64,000 bases of DNA, from NCBI GenBank assembly GCA_963782695.1, contig CAWAKY010000011.1:6668-70667 (forward strand), given 5' to 3'. The stretch is from an uncultured Actinomycetota bacterium. Its GTDB lineage: Bacteria; Actinomycetota; Actinomycetes; Actinomycetales; Dermatophilaceae. Numbering within the stretch: the first letter of the stretch is position 1; each line of letters begins with the position of its first letter. Below are positions 22,608 through 34,316 of the stretch, piece by piece. A program made the translations under genes and the position numbers. The notes below the pieces were generated by a model, which saw nothing but the letters and a program-made list of their open reading frames with translations, had not been told where the DNA came from and did no database searches.

Positions 22608-25355
22608 TCAGCGCCGGAGCGGTGCGGGAGAACAGGTTCAGCTGGTGGGCGCGGCGGACCGCGGCGCGGCGGTTGGTGACGCCGAGCTTGGCGTAGATGT
22701 GCTGGGTGTGGGTGCGGACGGTGCTGAGGGACACCCCCAGCTCGCGGGCGATGGCCGGGCCGTCGAGGTCGGAGCCGAGGTAGCGCAGCACGTCGAGCTC
22801 GCGGCTGCTCAGCGGGTCGACGAGCGCGCTGGCCGCCGGCGCATCCGCCGGCGGCTCGGCCGGGCGGCCGGGCGCCGGTGCCGGAGGTCGACGGCGGCCA
22901 GGCGCCGGACGAAGCCCAGTCGGTGCGACGGCCAGGGCCGCAGCAGCCCATCATCGGGCGGCCTCGCCGGTGAAGACCCGGACGTAGCCCTCCGGCTCTG
23001 CGAGACGCACGGCGCGCTCGAGCGACGCCAGGGCCGCTCCGCTCGCCGGCGCTGCGCGGGCGAGCGCCTGCAGCACCAGCACCTCGATGACGATGCCGGT
23101 GCGGCCGCCCGCCTCGGCGGCCGCGAGCAGCCGGTCGAGCAGGGCGTCGCCTCGGCCAGCGACGGCGGCCGCTCCCGGATGCCGTGTGGTCGGCGAGCAG
23201 GACCCGCGCCAGGGTGACGTGCTCGTACTCGTGCAGGTAGGTCAGCTCGTCGGTCGCCGACACCCCGCGACGGCGCGCCCACGCCAGCGCCTCGGCCACC
23301 TCGCCCGGAGGCGGCGAGCACCCGGGCCCGCGCGGCGGCCACCGGCCGCACGTGCGGCGCGAAGTCGGCGACGTAGACCCGCTCGGCCTCCTCGAGCAGG
23401 CCGACCGCGGTCGGCGCGTGTCGCCCTGCGGCGGCCGCAGCTGCGGCCATCGCGACCCGCCACCGGTACGGGTGCTGCGGGCAGGCCGGCGGACTCGCCG
23501 AGCTCGTCGGCCCGGCGCAGGCTGCTCGGCCGCACCGGCCAGGTCGCCGCGTCCCAGCGCCACCCGGCTCAGCCGCACGTGCATGTCGGCCGCCCCCGCG
23601 GCAGCGACGCCGCCGGCGGCGGCCAGCGCGAGGGCCTCGTCGCAGGTGCGCTCGGCGTCGCCCAGCCGGCCCTGGGTCATCTCGATGTCGGCGAGGGTGA
23701 TGGTGCAGCCGAGCACGTCCGCGACGTGGCCCGCGCGGCGCAGGTTCTCGGCGGCGACCCGGTAGCGCGCGGTGCGCCGCGTCGAGGTCCCCGGTGGTCC
23801 AGGAGGCGAGGCCGACCAGGGCGGAGGCCGAGGCGGTGGTGAGGTGGTCGTCGGCGGCGGCGCGGTCCAGGGCGCAGCTCGGCGTGCGCGCACGGTGCCG
23901 GCCAGGTCGCCGCCGACGAGCGCGAGGGCGGCCCGGTAGGTCTGCACGGCCGCCGGCAGCCGGGCCAGGCTCGCGCGTGGTCGACGACGACGAGGTCGTC
24001 GGGCGGGCCCGGCCAGCAGCCGCTCGACGTCGCCCAGCCGCCGGTCGACGACCGTCGAACTCGTTGCTCGCCGCGAGCGCGCCGATGAACCCGACGGCGA
24101 GCACCGGCCGGTCGCTGCACCACGTCGGCGGGCAACTGGTCGACCCAGCGGCAGATGACCGCCTCGCGGCGCTCGCGCAGCAGCGCCGGGATGGCGAGCT
24201 CGACCCGGGCGGCCGCCAGGTCGACGTCGCCGGCGGCGAGCGCGTGCCGCACCGCCGCCTCGGGATCGCCGGCCCGGTCGTACCAGTCGCTGGCGCGGCG
24301 GTGCAGCCCGGCGACGTCGCCGGGCCGCTCGTCGAGCAGGTGGGCGCGCAGCACGTCGGCGAACAGGTGGTGGTACCGGTACCAGCTGGCGGTGGTCGTC
24401 GAGCGGGACGACGAACAGGTTCTGCCGCTCCAGCGACTCCAGCGTCGGCCCTGCCCGTCCGGTCCGGCCGGTGACCGCGTCGCACAGCGGGCCGGTCAGC
24501 CGGTCGAGGACCGAGGTGTCGAGCAGGAACCGGCGCACGTCGTCCGGCTGCCGGTCGAGGACCTCGTCGGCGAGGTAGTCGACGACGAACCGGTCGTCGC
24601 CGGCGAACCCGGCGATGAACTGCGACGCGGTCGTCGCGGCCGTGCAGGGACAGCGCCGCCAGCTGCAGCGCGGCCGCCCACCCCTCGGTGCGGCGCTCCA
24701 GGGCGGCCACGTCGCCGGCGCGCAGGCCGAGGGCGTTGAGCGTCGTTGAGGTAGGCGGCCGCCTCGTCCCCGGTGAAGCGCAGGTCGGCGGCGCGGACCT
24801 CGACCAGCTCACCGCGGGCCCGCAGCCGCGCGAGGGGCAGCGCGGGGTCGGCGCGGGTGCTGATGACGAGGTGCACCTGCGGCGGCAGGTGCTCGAGGAG
24901 GAAGGCCATCCCGGCCTGGATGTCCGGGCCCTCGGCGAGGTGGTAGTCGTCGAGCACCAGGGTGAGGTCGCCCGGCGCGCACGCTGAGCTCGTTGAGCAG
25001 CGCGGTCAGCACGGCGTCGATCGGGGCCTGCCCGGCTGCAGCTGCAGCTCGAGGGCCGCCGTGGCCGTGCCCGGGGCGGCGCGGTCGACGGCGCGCAGCA
25101 CGTAGGTCCAGAACGTCGACGGCGTCCCGGTCGCGCTCGTCGAGCGACACCCAGGCCGTCCGGCGGCCGGTGCCGCCGGCCGGCCAGCCAGGTGCCGAGC
25201 AGGGTGGTCTTGCCGAAGCCCGGCCGGCGCCGAGACCAGCAGTCAGGGTGGCGTCCGCGCCGCGGGCCAGCAGCTCGTCGAGCCGGGGCCGGTCGACGGT
25301 CCGGGCCCGGGCCCGCGGCACGACCAGCTTGGTCTCGACCAGGGCGCTCCGGCAT
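22608..25355 (-). CDS. MalT-like large ATP-binding LuxR regulator, multiply frameshifted
   Basis: LVETKL start, GFGKTTLL P-loop, LDDYH, TRADPALPLARLRARG, EGWAAALQL, YHHLFADVL and a C-terminal HTH (LSSRELDVL...TVRTHTQHIYAKLGV). Confidence 0.9.
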
Positions 25356-25399
25356 CGGCGGTGCCTCCTGCCTCGGCTCGACCCTGCCGAGCGTAGGCC

Positions 25400-26735
25400 A
25401 TGCTGGTGCGCGAGCCGGTCTCCCCCTGAGGGCCGGAGACCGGAGGCGACGTGCGACCCCCGGTCGAGCAGCCGGCCGCCACCCGAGGCCACCGCGAGCG
25501 TCCGTGCGCCGGCGCCGGGTCGGCTGGGGCTTCATCTCGCTGTACGCCCTGTCGTACGCCGGCGGAGCACTGCTCTTCCTCGCGCCGCTGCTGGTGTCGT
25601 TGGCGCTGAAGGTCAACGACCTGGTCGGCATCACGACGCCCCGAGGAACCTCGCCCTGGTGACCGGGGTCGGGTCGCTGCTGTCGATCGTGAGCAACCCG
25701 CTGTTCGGCCGGCTGAGCGACCGCACCACGTCGCGGTGGGGCATGCGGCGGCCCTGGATGCTCGTCGGGCTGGCCGGCGGCACGCATCGGCATCCTGATC
25801 GTCGCCCTGGCGCCGAACATCGCGGTGGTGCTCGTCGGCTGGTGCATCGCGCAGGTCTTCCTCAACGCGCTGCTCGCGGCCCAGGTCGCCGTGCTGCCCG
25901 ACCAGGTGCCCGCGGCCCAGCGCGGCCTCGTCTCCGGGGTGCTCGGGCATCTGCCTGCCGGCGGCGTCGGTGGCCGGCACCTTCCTCGTGCAGGCGTTCG
26001 ACAGCAGCGACCTGACGATGTTCCTCGCCCCGTGCGTGGTCGGCGCCGCCCTCGTGGTCGTGTTCGCTGACCCGGCTCGACGACCGGCGGCTCGACCCGG
26101 CCGACCGGCCGCCGTGGTCGCTGCGGCAGCTGGTCGGGCTCGTTCTACGTCAACCCGCGCGCCAACCCCGACTTCGCGTGGGCGTTCGTCAGCCGGTTCC
26201 TGCTGCGTCATGGCGTACGCCTTCCTCGTCACCTACCAGGCCTACTACCTGATCGACCAGCTCGGCACCGCCGAGGATGCCGTGCCGCACCAGATCTTCC
26301 TCGGCACCGTCGTGCAGTCGGTCGCCCTGGTCGTGGCCGCACCGCTGACCGGCCGGCTCTCCGACCGGGTGGGCCGCCGCAAGGTCTTCGTCGTGGTCGC
26401 CGGCGGTCGTCTACGCGGTCGCGATGCTCGTCATCGCCACGGCGACCGGCTCCGGCGGCTACCTCGTCGGCATGGCGATCGGCGGGCTCGGCTTCGGCAT
26501 GTACATGGCGGTGGACCTCGCCCTGGTCGTCGACGTGCTGCCCGAGACCGGCTCGGCGGCCAAGGACCTCGGCGTGCTCAACATCGCCGGGGCGCTGCCG
26601 TTCGCCCTGGCCCCCGCCCTCGCGCCCGTCGTGCTCGCGGCCAGCGGCAGCAGCTACGCGGTGCTCTACCTCGTGGCGGGCGGCTGCGCCCTGCTCGGCG
26701 CAGCCGCCATCGTCCCGATCAGGCGGGTGCGGTAG
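25400..26735 (+). CDS. MFS transporter, frameshifted (start approximate)
   Basis: GRLSDRTTSRWGMRRPW, GRLSDRVGRRK and AAKDLGVLNIA. Confidence 0.88.
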
Positions 26736-26741
26736 GGCCGG

Positions 26742-27179
26742 TCACTCGTCGACGAGCGCGCGGCCGTGCACGATCGCGGCCCACATGACGAACACGTCGA
26801 GGGCGATGATCAGAATGCCCCAGATCGGGTAGTGCGGGAGCCACGCGAAGCTGCCGATCATGCTCGCCGCCGCCGCGATGACGGCCACGGTGCGGGCCCA
26901 GGTCTTGCCGAAGAACAGCCCGGCACCGGCGCCGGCGGTCAGGAGCCCGAGGAGCAGGTGGATCCAGCCCCACGTGGTGAAGCTGAAGTGGAAGACGTAG
27001 TTCGTGCCCCGCACGAAGATGTCGTCGCTGAACAACGCGACGAGCCCCTGGAGCGCGTGGAACAGCCCGACCATGATCAGCAGGACGCCCGCGAAGGCGA
27101 CGGCGCCGGTGTTCTCGCCCCCGGTGAACCCGCCCGACTTGTTCAGATCGGTCGTCAGTGAAGTGTCCTCGTGCGACAT
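26742..27179 (-). CDS. DUF7144-like four-helix membrane protein
   Basis: FAGVLLIMVGLFHALQGL...WGWIHLLLG...WAR...LPHYPIW. Confidence 0.82.
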   Translation of the reverse strand: MSHEDTSLTTDLNKSGGFTGGENTGAVAFAGVLLIMVGLFHALQGLVALFSDDIFVRGTNYVFHFSFTTWGWIHLLLGLLTAGAGAGLFFGKTWARTVAVIAAAASMIGSFAWLPHYPIWGILIIALDVFVMWAAIVHGRALVDE

Positions 27180-27312
27180 CGTGGCCCACCTTCTTCGTCG
27201 AGCGCCGCGCAGGTCGCCGGCGCGCGGCCGCGCGGCCGCTCTCCCGTTGTAAGGGGCACCTGACTCCGGGCGCCTCACCCTGCCGGGGTGAGTCCCCGGC
27301 GGCCGAGCGCGC

Positions 27313-28087
27313 TCAGCCGTCGTGGTCGGCCGCGAGCACGGCCCTGGCGCCCTCCGCGACGACGGCGACGTCCGTGGTCACCGCGAGGCAGTGGATGCCG
27401 TGCGCCCGCAGCCGCCGCGCGTTCGCCGGGGTGCCGGCGAACCCCGCCACGAGGATGCCGTGCCGCGTCGCCGCGCGCGACCACCCGGCCGAGGGGGTTG
27501 CCCTCCGACCGGTCGTCGAGGAGCGCGTCGACCGTGGTGCCGAGGGCGAGGGCGAGGTCGAGCGGGCCGACGAACAGGCCGTCGACGCCCGGGGTCGCCG
27601 CGATCGGGTCGACGTCGGCCAGGGCACCGACCGTCTCGACCATGACGAGGCAGCGCACCGCGGCGTTCGCCGCGGCCGGGTCCGGGGCGGCGCCGCCCCA
27701 CAGCGGCGCGAACGGCCCCCAGCTGCGGTCGCCCTCGGGTGGGTAGCGCGACGCGCGGGCCGCGAGCACGGCATCCGCCCGTCCGGTCACCGACGGCACG
27801 ACCACCGCGGTCGCACCGGCATCCAGGGCGGCTCCGATCCAGACCGGGTCGACGGCCGGCACGCGCACGACGAGCGCCGTCCCGGCATCCGCCAGGCCCC
27901 GCCCCGCCGCGTGCAGGGCGGCGCGGTCGACCGGGCCGTGCTGCGCGTCGAGCGCCACCCAGTCGAAGCCGCTCGCCGCGAGCCGCCGGAGCAGGTCGAC
28001 GTCGGCGGTGAAGGCCCAGACGCCTCGCGAGCGCTCGACCACCCCCGCGGGACGCTGGCCCTGGGTGGTCTCGCTGCCGTACGCCAT
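27313..28087 (-). CDS. HpcH/HpaI aldolase family protein
   Basis: GFDWVALDAQHG, RYPPEGDRSWG, VMVET and LFVGPLDL. Confidence 0.88.
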
Positions 28088-28293
28088 GTGGTCCTCCGCA
28101 TCGTCGACGGCCGGCCTCGCGTGGCCCGGCGCCGTGGGCCCAGTCAAGCAGGGCCGCACGCGCGGCTCGGCGCGGTGGCGTGATGCCCATCTCCAATCGT
28201 CGACGGCGGCCACGGCACCCGGAAGGATTGACGCGGAAGCCGAGCGCCGGCCGCACCGTGGCCGGTCGTCCCACCCGGCTCGCTGGAGCAGGC

Positions 28294-28758
28294 ATGACAA
28301 CCTCACCCACGCACCACCCGTCGGCGACCCGAACCCGGGCCCGACCGCGTGCGGCCTCCCGCCGGGCCGGCTACGTCGTGGCGGTCGGGGTCAACGCGCT
28401 GCTGCTCTACCTCCTCAACCGCAGCCCCGGCTGGCAGGCGGTCCCGTTCCTCACCGACGCCATGAACCGGGTGATCGGGGTCGTCAACCTGTCGATCACC
28501 GCGGGCCTGGTGGCCAACCTCGTCTACGTCGTGTGGGACCCCACCTGGCTCAAGGCCCTCGGCGACCTGGCGACGACCTGCGCGGGCGTGCTGGCGATGC
28601 TGCGGATCTGGCAGGTCTGGCCGTTCGACTTCCCGGCCGGGTCGCCGTGGAACCTGGTCGCGCACGTGGTGCTCGGCCTGGGCCTGGTGGGCGGGGCCAT
28701 CGGCATCGTCGAGTCGACCGTGCGCTACGTGCGGGCGATCGGGTTCAGCTCCGCCTGA
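28294..28758 (+). CDS. Hypothetical membrane protein
   Basis: Four hydrophobic segments; PGWQAVPFLT and VWPFDF; GGAG RBS. Confidence 0.75.
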   Translation: MTTSPTHHPSATRTRARPRAASRRAGYVVAVGVNALLLYLLNRSPGWQAVPFLTDAMNRVIGVVNLSITAGLVANLVYVVWDPTWLKALGDLATTCAGVLAMLRIWQVWPFDFPAGSPWNLVAHVVLGLGLVGGAIGIVESTVRYVRAIGFSSA

Positions 28759-28833
28759 GCCGGATGCGGGCGCGCCGGGCGAGGCGTCCGCGCGAATTCA
28801 TCGCGAGGGTCAGCGCGACTCCTTCGGGAGCGG

Positions 28834-29341
28834 TCAGCGCGAGTCCTTCTTCGCCTGTCGGGCAGCGCCCTTGGACTTCGTCGACGCGTCGCGCTTGAGG
28901 CCGCCGGTGGTCTTCGTCGCGCGCCGACGGGTGCTCGTGCCGGTCGCCGTGGAGCGGCCGCCGGCCGGCTGCGACCCGGGGCCGGTGGAACCGCGCGACG
29001 CCGCGACCGCCGCGAGCCGCTCGGCCTTGAGCTCCTCGGCCGCGGCGTTGGCCACGACCTCGACGCGCTTGCTGACCCGGGCCAGCGCGAGCTCGAACAC
29101 CTCGGCCTTGGCGGCGTTGGCCGCGTTGCCCGGGCCGGGCGTGGCCGCGGGCGCCCTTCATCCCGACCCGGGACGCACCGGTCTGCCGGTAGAGCTTGAC
29201 GTACTTCGAGCGGGCCCGCTGCACCCGGGTGTGCAGCTGGAGCAGGGCGTCCTCGTCGAGCTTGTCCATGCGCTTCGGCTCGGTCTCGCGCACCAGGTCG
29301 GCCTGGGTGTCGGTGAGGAACCGGGGGATCTCGACGGTCAT
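28834..29341 (-). CDS. Conserved basic hypothetical protein, frameshifted
   Basis: LVRETE...LDEDALLQLHTRVQRARSKYVKLYR...AEVFELALARVS...QAKKDSR. Confidence 0.75.
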
Positions 29342-29471
29342 GACGCTGCCTCTCGCAAGGCCACACAGGTGGCGGTCGGCCGACTGCGGGCGTCGCTCGC
29401 GGCCGTCCGTCGAGCCTTCCGCCGCCGCCGCGTGCTGTCAACGTGACCTGGGCCGCGTCGAACCCTGCAGG

Positions 29472-31014
29472 TCAGGCCCCCGGGGCGAGGGCCTGCACCG
29501 TGGCGATCGTGTCGGCCTCGTCGGCGGCCTTGTCGTCGCGGTAGCGCAGCACCCGGGCGAACCGCAGGGCGACCCCACCGGGGTAGCGCCGCGAGTGCTG
29601 CAGGCCGTCGAAGGCGATCTCGACGACCTGCTCGGGGCGCACCTCGACCACCCACCCCTCGCGTGCCGTCGACCGCGAGCTCGGTGAACCGCTCGGTCTG
29701 CCAGCGCAGCATCTCGTCGGTCATGCCCTTGAACGTCTTGCCGATCATGACGAAGCCGCCGGTGTCGGGGTCGCGGGCACCGAGGTGGATGTTCGACAGG
29801 GTGCCCTGGCGCCGACCCGACCCCCACTCGACGGCGAGCACGACGAGGTCGAGGGTGTGCGTGGGCTTCACCTTCACCCAGCCGCTGCCCCGGCGGCCGG
29901 CGGCGTACGGGCTGTCGGCGGCCTTGACGACGACCCCCTCGTGCCCGGCCGCGACGAGGTCGGCGAAGAACTGCTCGGCGGCGACCGGGTCGTCGGTGAG
30001 CAGCCGCGGCACCACGAGGTGCGGCGCGAGGTCGACCAGGGCGTCGTGCCGCACCCGGGCCGGCTCGTCGATGAGGTCGACGCCGTCGCGGTGCAGCAGG
30101 TCGAAGAGGAAGGTCGTGAGGGGCACCCGCTCGCGCAGGCCGGCGACGTCGGCCGAGCTGGCGGTGCGGGCCCCGGTGACCTGGAACGGCGCCGGCCGCC
30201 CGTCGTCGAGCAGGACGATCGCCTCGCCGTCGAGCACGAGGTCGCCCCCGGGCAGCGCGGCGACGGCCTCGACCACCTCGGGCACCCGCTCGGTGATCTC
30301 GTCGAGGCTGCGCGTGTAGACGGTGACCTCGCCCGACGCTGCGGTGCACCTGGATGCGGATGCCGTCGAGCTTGCCGTCGACGAGCAGGCCGCCGGCACC
30401 GCACGGCCTCGACCGCCTCGGCCGCGGTCTTCGCCGAGGCGGCGAGCATCGGGCGCACCGGCCGGCCCACGACGAGCCCCACCTGCTCGAGCGCCTCGAC
30501 CCCGCCCGCGGCGGCGAGCCGGGCCACCTCGGCGCGTGGTGCCCGCGAGCATGGCGGCGCGGCGCACGACGGCATCGGGCACGGCGTACGCCGTGGCGAC
30601 GGCGGCGAGCACGACGCCGTCGAGGGCGCCCTGGCGCAGGTTGCCGGTGATGAGGTCGACGAGGAAGCGCTGCTCGTCGGCGGTGGCGCGGCCCATCAGC
30701 CCGGCGAGCTCGGCCTTGCGGGATGCCGTGGAGCCGGCACCCGCGGTGGCCGCCAGCCGGGTGAACGCGGCGTCGACCTCGACGACGGTGAGGCCGGGTC
30801 GGTCGGCGGGCTCGGGGAGCGACCCGAGCGAGCGGTACCCGACGCCGAGGCGGCGCTGCGGCAGCACCCCGGACAGGTGCGAGACCACCAGGCCGACCTC
30901 GGCCGGGTCGCAGCGCGCGAACAGGTCGGCCAGGGCCTGCGTCTTCGCCGTGCGCGAGCGGGTGGCCGCGACCGCCCGCGAGGCGGCGACGACCTCGGCG
31001 AGCGTGACGTCCAT
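29472..31014 (-). CDS. ligB: ATP-dependent DNA ligase (LigB type), frameshifted
   Basis: [43 protein letters not shown] and LRFARV. Confidence 0.93.
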
Positions 31015-31159
31015 CCGCCCATCCTGCCGCGCCGCACCGACAGCGGCGGCCGCAGTCCGCCCGGGTGGTCGACGACGCCCCGGCCGACTCGGCGGTCGCG
31101 GTCGGCTCCGACGACCCGGCGACGCACCGGGGGTCGGCCGGGCCGACGCGGCGTCGGCC

Positions 31160-31780
31160 GATCTCGAGGACCCGGCCCGGCGCGGCTGCGGCGCACCCGC
31201 CAGACGACGAGGGCCACGACCGCGATGACGCCCACGAGCACGGCGCTGCCGGTGCCGAGCCACGACTCGACCGCCTGGTACGAGGCGCCGGCGAGGTAGC
31301 CGCCCACGACGACGGCCGTGCCCCAGAGGATGCCGCCGAGCGCGTTGTAGGTGAGGAAGGTGCGGTAGCGCATGTCGGTCGTGCCCGCGAGCGCCGGCAT
31401 CACCGCCCGGAAGAACGCGACCCAGCGGCCGAGCAGCACCGCCCAGCCGCCGCGGCGCGCGAGCAGGTCCCGGGCGTCGTCGAGCCGGTCGGCGTGGCGC
31501 TGCAGCGGCTTCGGCAGCCGAGCACCCGCGGGCCGTAGCGGCGGCCCACCTCGAAGCCGACGCTGTCGCCGACGATGGCCGCGACGATGACGACCGCGAG
31601 CACCGCCCAGAGCGGCACGTGGCCGAGGCTGGCCGCGACGCCGCCGAGGATCGCCACCGTCTCGCCGGGCACGACGAAGCCGACGAACAGGGCGTCCTCG
31701 ACGAACACGAGCGACCCGACGACGAGCAGCACCACGGGTGCGGGCACGTTCAGGAGGCGCTCGAGCAGGGAGGTCAGCAC
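31160..31780 (-). CDS. DedA family protein (3' end approximate)
   Basis: EDALFVGFVVPGET, GDSVGFEVGR and GRWVAFFRAVMPALAG. Confidence 0.9.
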
Positions 31781-31864
31781 GTCGTCAGGGGCGGGTGGGG
31801 TGCGGGGACATGACCCAGTGTGCGCCGTCACCCTTGGAGGCCGCTGGGTGCGGTGCCCGGCCGC

Positions 31865-32543
31865 TCAGCCCGCCGCGGCGGCGCTCCACGCGCCAGTCGA
31901 TGGGCGTGCAGTTCCCGTTGTTCGACTTCTCGGCCGAGCACGCGGTCACCCCGACGACCACCGGCATCCGGGCCTCGATGGTGAAGCGGTCACCCGGCCG
32001 GGTCGGGGGCGGGTCGATGTGCAGCTCGCCCCGGTCGTCGGTCCACACGTCCATGAAGACGTTGAGCGTCGTGCCGATCCGGTCGGGGTCGACGCCGAAC
32101 GGCGCGAGCGCGCCGCACAGGTTGGCGAAGCACGAGGGGTGGGGGGCGCCGTCGAACTCGGGGTAGAGCAGGTCGAAGGTCGCCTGGCTGCACGGGGTGA
32201 GGGTGAGGTCGTGCACCCCGACGGTGTCGTCGACGACCTCGGCCATACCCGGCTGCGGTTCGACCACAGGCTCGACCCGGTCGAGACGTAGACCGAGTTG
32301 CCGAAGTCGGTGGTGCGACCCGACGAGAACACCTCGGCCCCGTCGTCGGCCGCGACGAGGTAGAGGTCGCTGACCTGCTCGCCGCAGGGGTCGAGCACGG
32401 TCAGCCGGTCGCCGGGGGCCAGCTCGACGGCGACGCCGCTCTGCGGGGCGATCCGGGCCCAGCCGTCGGCGGGCGCCTCGGCCGTTCCGCCGTACGCCGG
32501 CGGCTCGCCGCTACGGGGGAAGCGGGTGCGGGCGCGGGTTCAC
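31865..32543 (-). CDS. DUF1989 / urea carboxylase-associated family protein (YcgI-like)
   Basis: DPCGEQVSDL, HDLTLTPCS, HPSCFANL, LNVFM and TACSAEKSN. Confidence 0.88.
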
Positions 32544-33281
32544 CGCTCCTCCGCCGCCGACACGGCATCCGGGTCGGGGTCGAACGGCGGGGTCCAGTCG
32601 GCGGGCACCGCGCGGCCGGCGTACTGCCGGGCCTCGGAGGCCTCGCCGTGGTCGCTGACCATCGGGTTGAGGTAGCCCTGCAGGTCGGTGTCGCGCCGGC
32701 GGATCGTGTCGCGCATCCGCTGGTAGCGGCCGTCGCCGCGCATCCGCTCGAACTGCGCGTGCAGGTTGAAGACGAGCGTCGGCAGCGGCGCGCGGCGGGC
32801 CACGCGGGACGCGTTCGGGTGCAGGCCGACGACGAAGAACGCGGTGCCGGCGACGCTGAACGCGAAGTGCGGGTTCTCGGGGTCGGCCGCGACCCCGTCG
32901 GCCCAGGGGGCGTCGTCGTTGTCGTGCAGGTGCTGCAGGGCACCCCAGAGCAGCGCCTCGAAGTCGCGCTCCTCGTCGGGCACCGGCCCGCGGAAGCACG
33001 CGACGAACGACACCAGGTCGCCCTCGGGGTCGACCTCGTCGGCGTACTGCGCGAGGGCCGCACCGAGGGTGTCGAGCGACCCGCCGGGCCCGGTGTCGGC
33101 GAGGTCGTCGAGCACGACGAGGGTGGCGGCGTCCCGGCGGAACACCGAGCGGGCGCCGAGGCACGGGAACTCGGGGTGCGCCACCATCTCCTCGATCGCG
33201 GCCACGATGTCGCTGCTGCGGGCCGTCACCGAGGTCCTCGGCGGCGCGCTCCTCGAGCAGCTGCTCCAGGGGGTCGCTCAT
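32540..33281 (-). CDS. YqcI/YcgG-family heme enzyme (GntA-like N-hydroxylase)
   Basis: FPCLGARS, FEALLWGALQHLH, FAFSV, VGLHPNASRVARR, FNLHAQFE and SEARQYAGR. Confidence 0.85.
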
Positions 33282-33475
33282 CGAGCGTCGCCGGGTCGGG
33301 CGGTGGGGTCGGGCACGGGTGCTCCTCGCGTCGGGCGTCACATGCTGCCCCATACCCGCAGACCAGCGGGGGTATGCCGGCGCGTCCGGTGCGGTGTCGA
33401 ACGTCGAGGGGTTTGGTGGCGGCGAGCGCCGGTGGGCCGGGCGCGGCCCCGTGCCGGCATCCTTCGGTTCCCCGA

Positions 33476-33521
33476 GTCGGGTGCTCGGGTGGTCGCCGGG
33501 GCAGCCACCCGAGCACCCGAC
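33476..33521. repeat. REP-like hairpin, family B, copy 1
   Basis: GTCGGGTGCTCGGGTGG-TCGCCGGGGCAG-CCACCCGAGCACCCGAC. Confidence 0.85.
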
Positions 33522-33539
33522 CGCGGTGGTGGCTGCGGG

Positions 33540-34231
33540 TCAGTCGCTGGAGCGGGTCACGGCGTGCGGCGCGCCGACCTCCTTGCTCTCGGGCGACCCC
33601 CGCTCGCGCAGGTAGATCGCGAAGACCGCCATGGTGCCGATCGCCAGCAGCTCGCTCTGCCAGTTCTGCAGGGTGCGGCCCCAGAAGTCCGGCGAGACGA
33701 GGTAGGCGCCGAGCCCGATCGGGTCGAGCAGGTCGCGCATCCGCTCCTCGTTGTCGGCCACCCGGCCCGCGACCGCCTGCGCCGACCACGACCCGAGGAA
33801 GACCACGGCCATCACGAGGACGAGCGAGTGCGAGTAGAGCCGGGTGCGCCAGCCGCCGACGCCGCGCCCAGGCCGGCGAGTCGGGCTCGGCGAACTCACC
33901 GACCATCTGCTGCTCGTCGCTCTCGCGGCCCTCGTCGCCGGGCTCCTTCGACTCCGACGACCCGCGCTGCACGAGCACACGGTCAGCGCGATGAAGAGCA
34001 CGAACTGCAGGAACTCCGACTGCCAGTTCTCGGCGACGTCGACGGCGAACCCCGACGACGTCACGTAGCGCCAGAACGAGACCTGCTGCAGGCCGGCGGT
34101 GCGGGCCTCCGCGTTGTAGCCCGCCACCCCCCACAGCGCCTGGCCGGCGAGGGTCGCCAGCAGCAACCCGCCGAAGACGAGCGAGAGGGAGTTGTCGCGC
34201 AGAAGCCCCGCGGGGGCGCTGGGCTGCTCAT
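33540..34231 (-). CDS. DUF6766 family membrane protein
   Basis: Internally repeated ENWQSEFLQ / QNWQSELL and RGSSESK / RGSPESK motifs. Confidence 0.88.
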
Positions 34232-34313
34232 CGCAGCATCAGGCCCATCGCGACGCAGAACGCCGAGCCCAGCGGTGATGAAGGCCGCGTACGCCCAGAA
34301 GATCACCGCGCAT
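34228..34313 (-). CDS. Putative single-helix micropeptide (about 28 aa, reconstructed across indels)
   Basis: ATG at 34313, VIFWAYAAFITAGL...VAMGLMLR; stop overlaps the DUF6766 start (ATGA). Confidence 0.55.
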
Positions 34314-34316
34314 GGC

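Noticed and set aside
22135-22791. Apparent fusion of the LuxR HTH to the small downstream protein
   Set aside because: The linker crosses an operator-like AT-rich region and the small gene has its own AGGAGG RBS; a lost stop near 22608 is more likely.
33282-33470. Guanidine riboswitch upstream of the GntA-DUF1989 pair
   Set aside because: I could not identify ykkC-type conserved blocks or twin ACGR-loop hairpins convincingly; only a GGGTAT promoter-like hexamer is visible.
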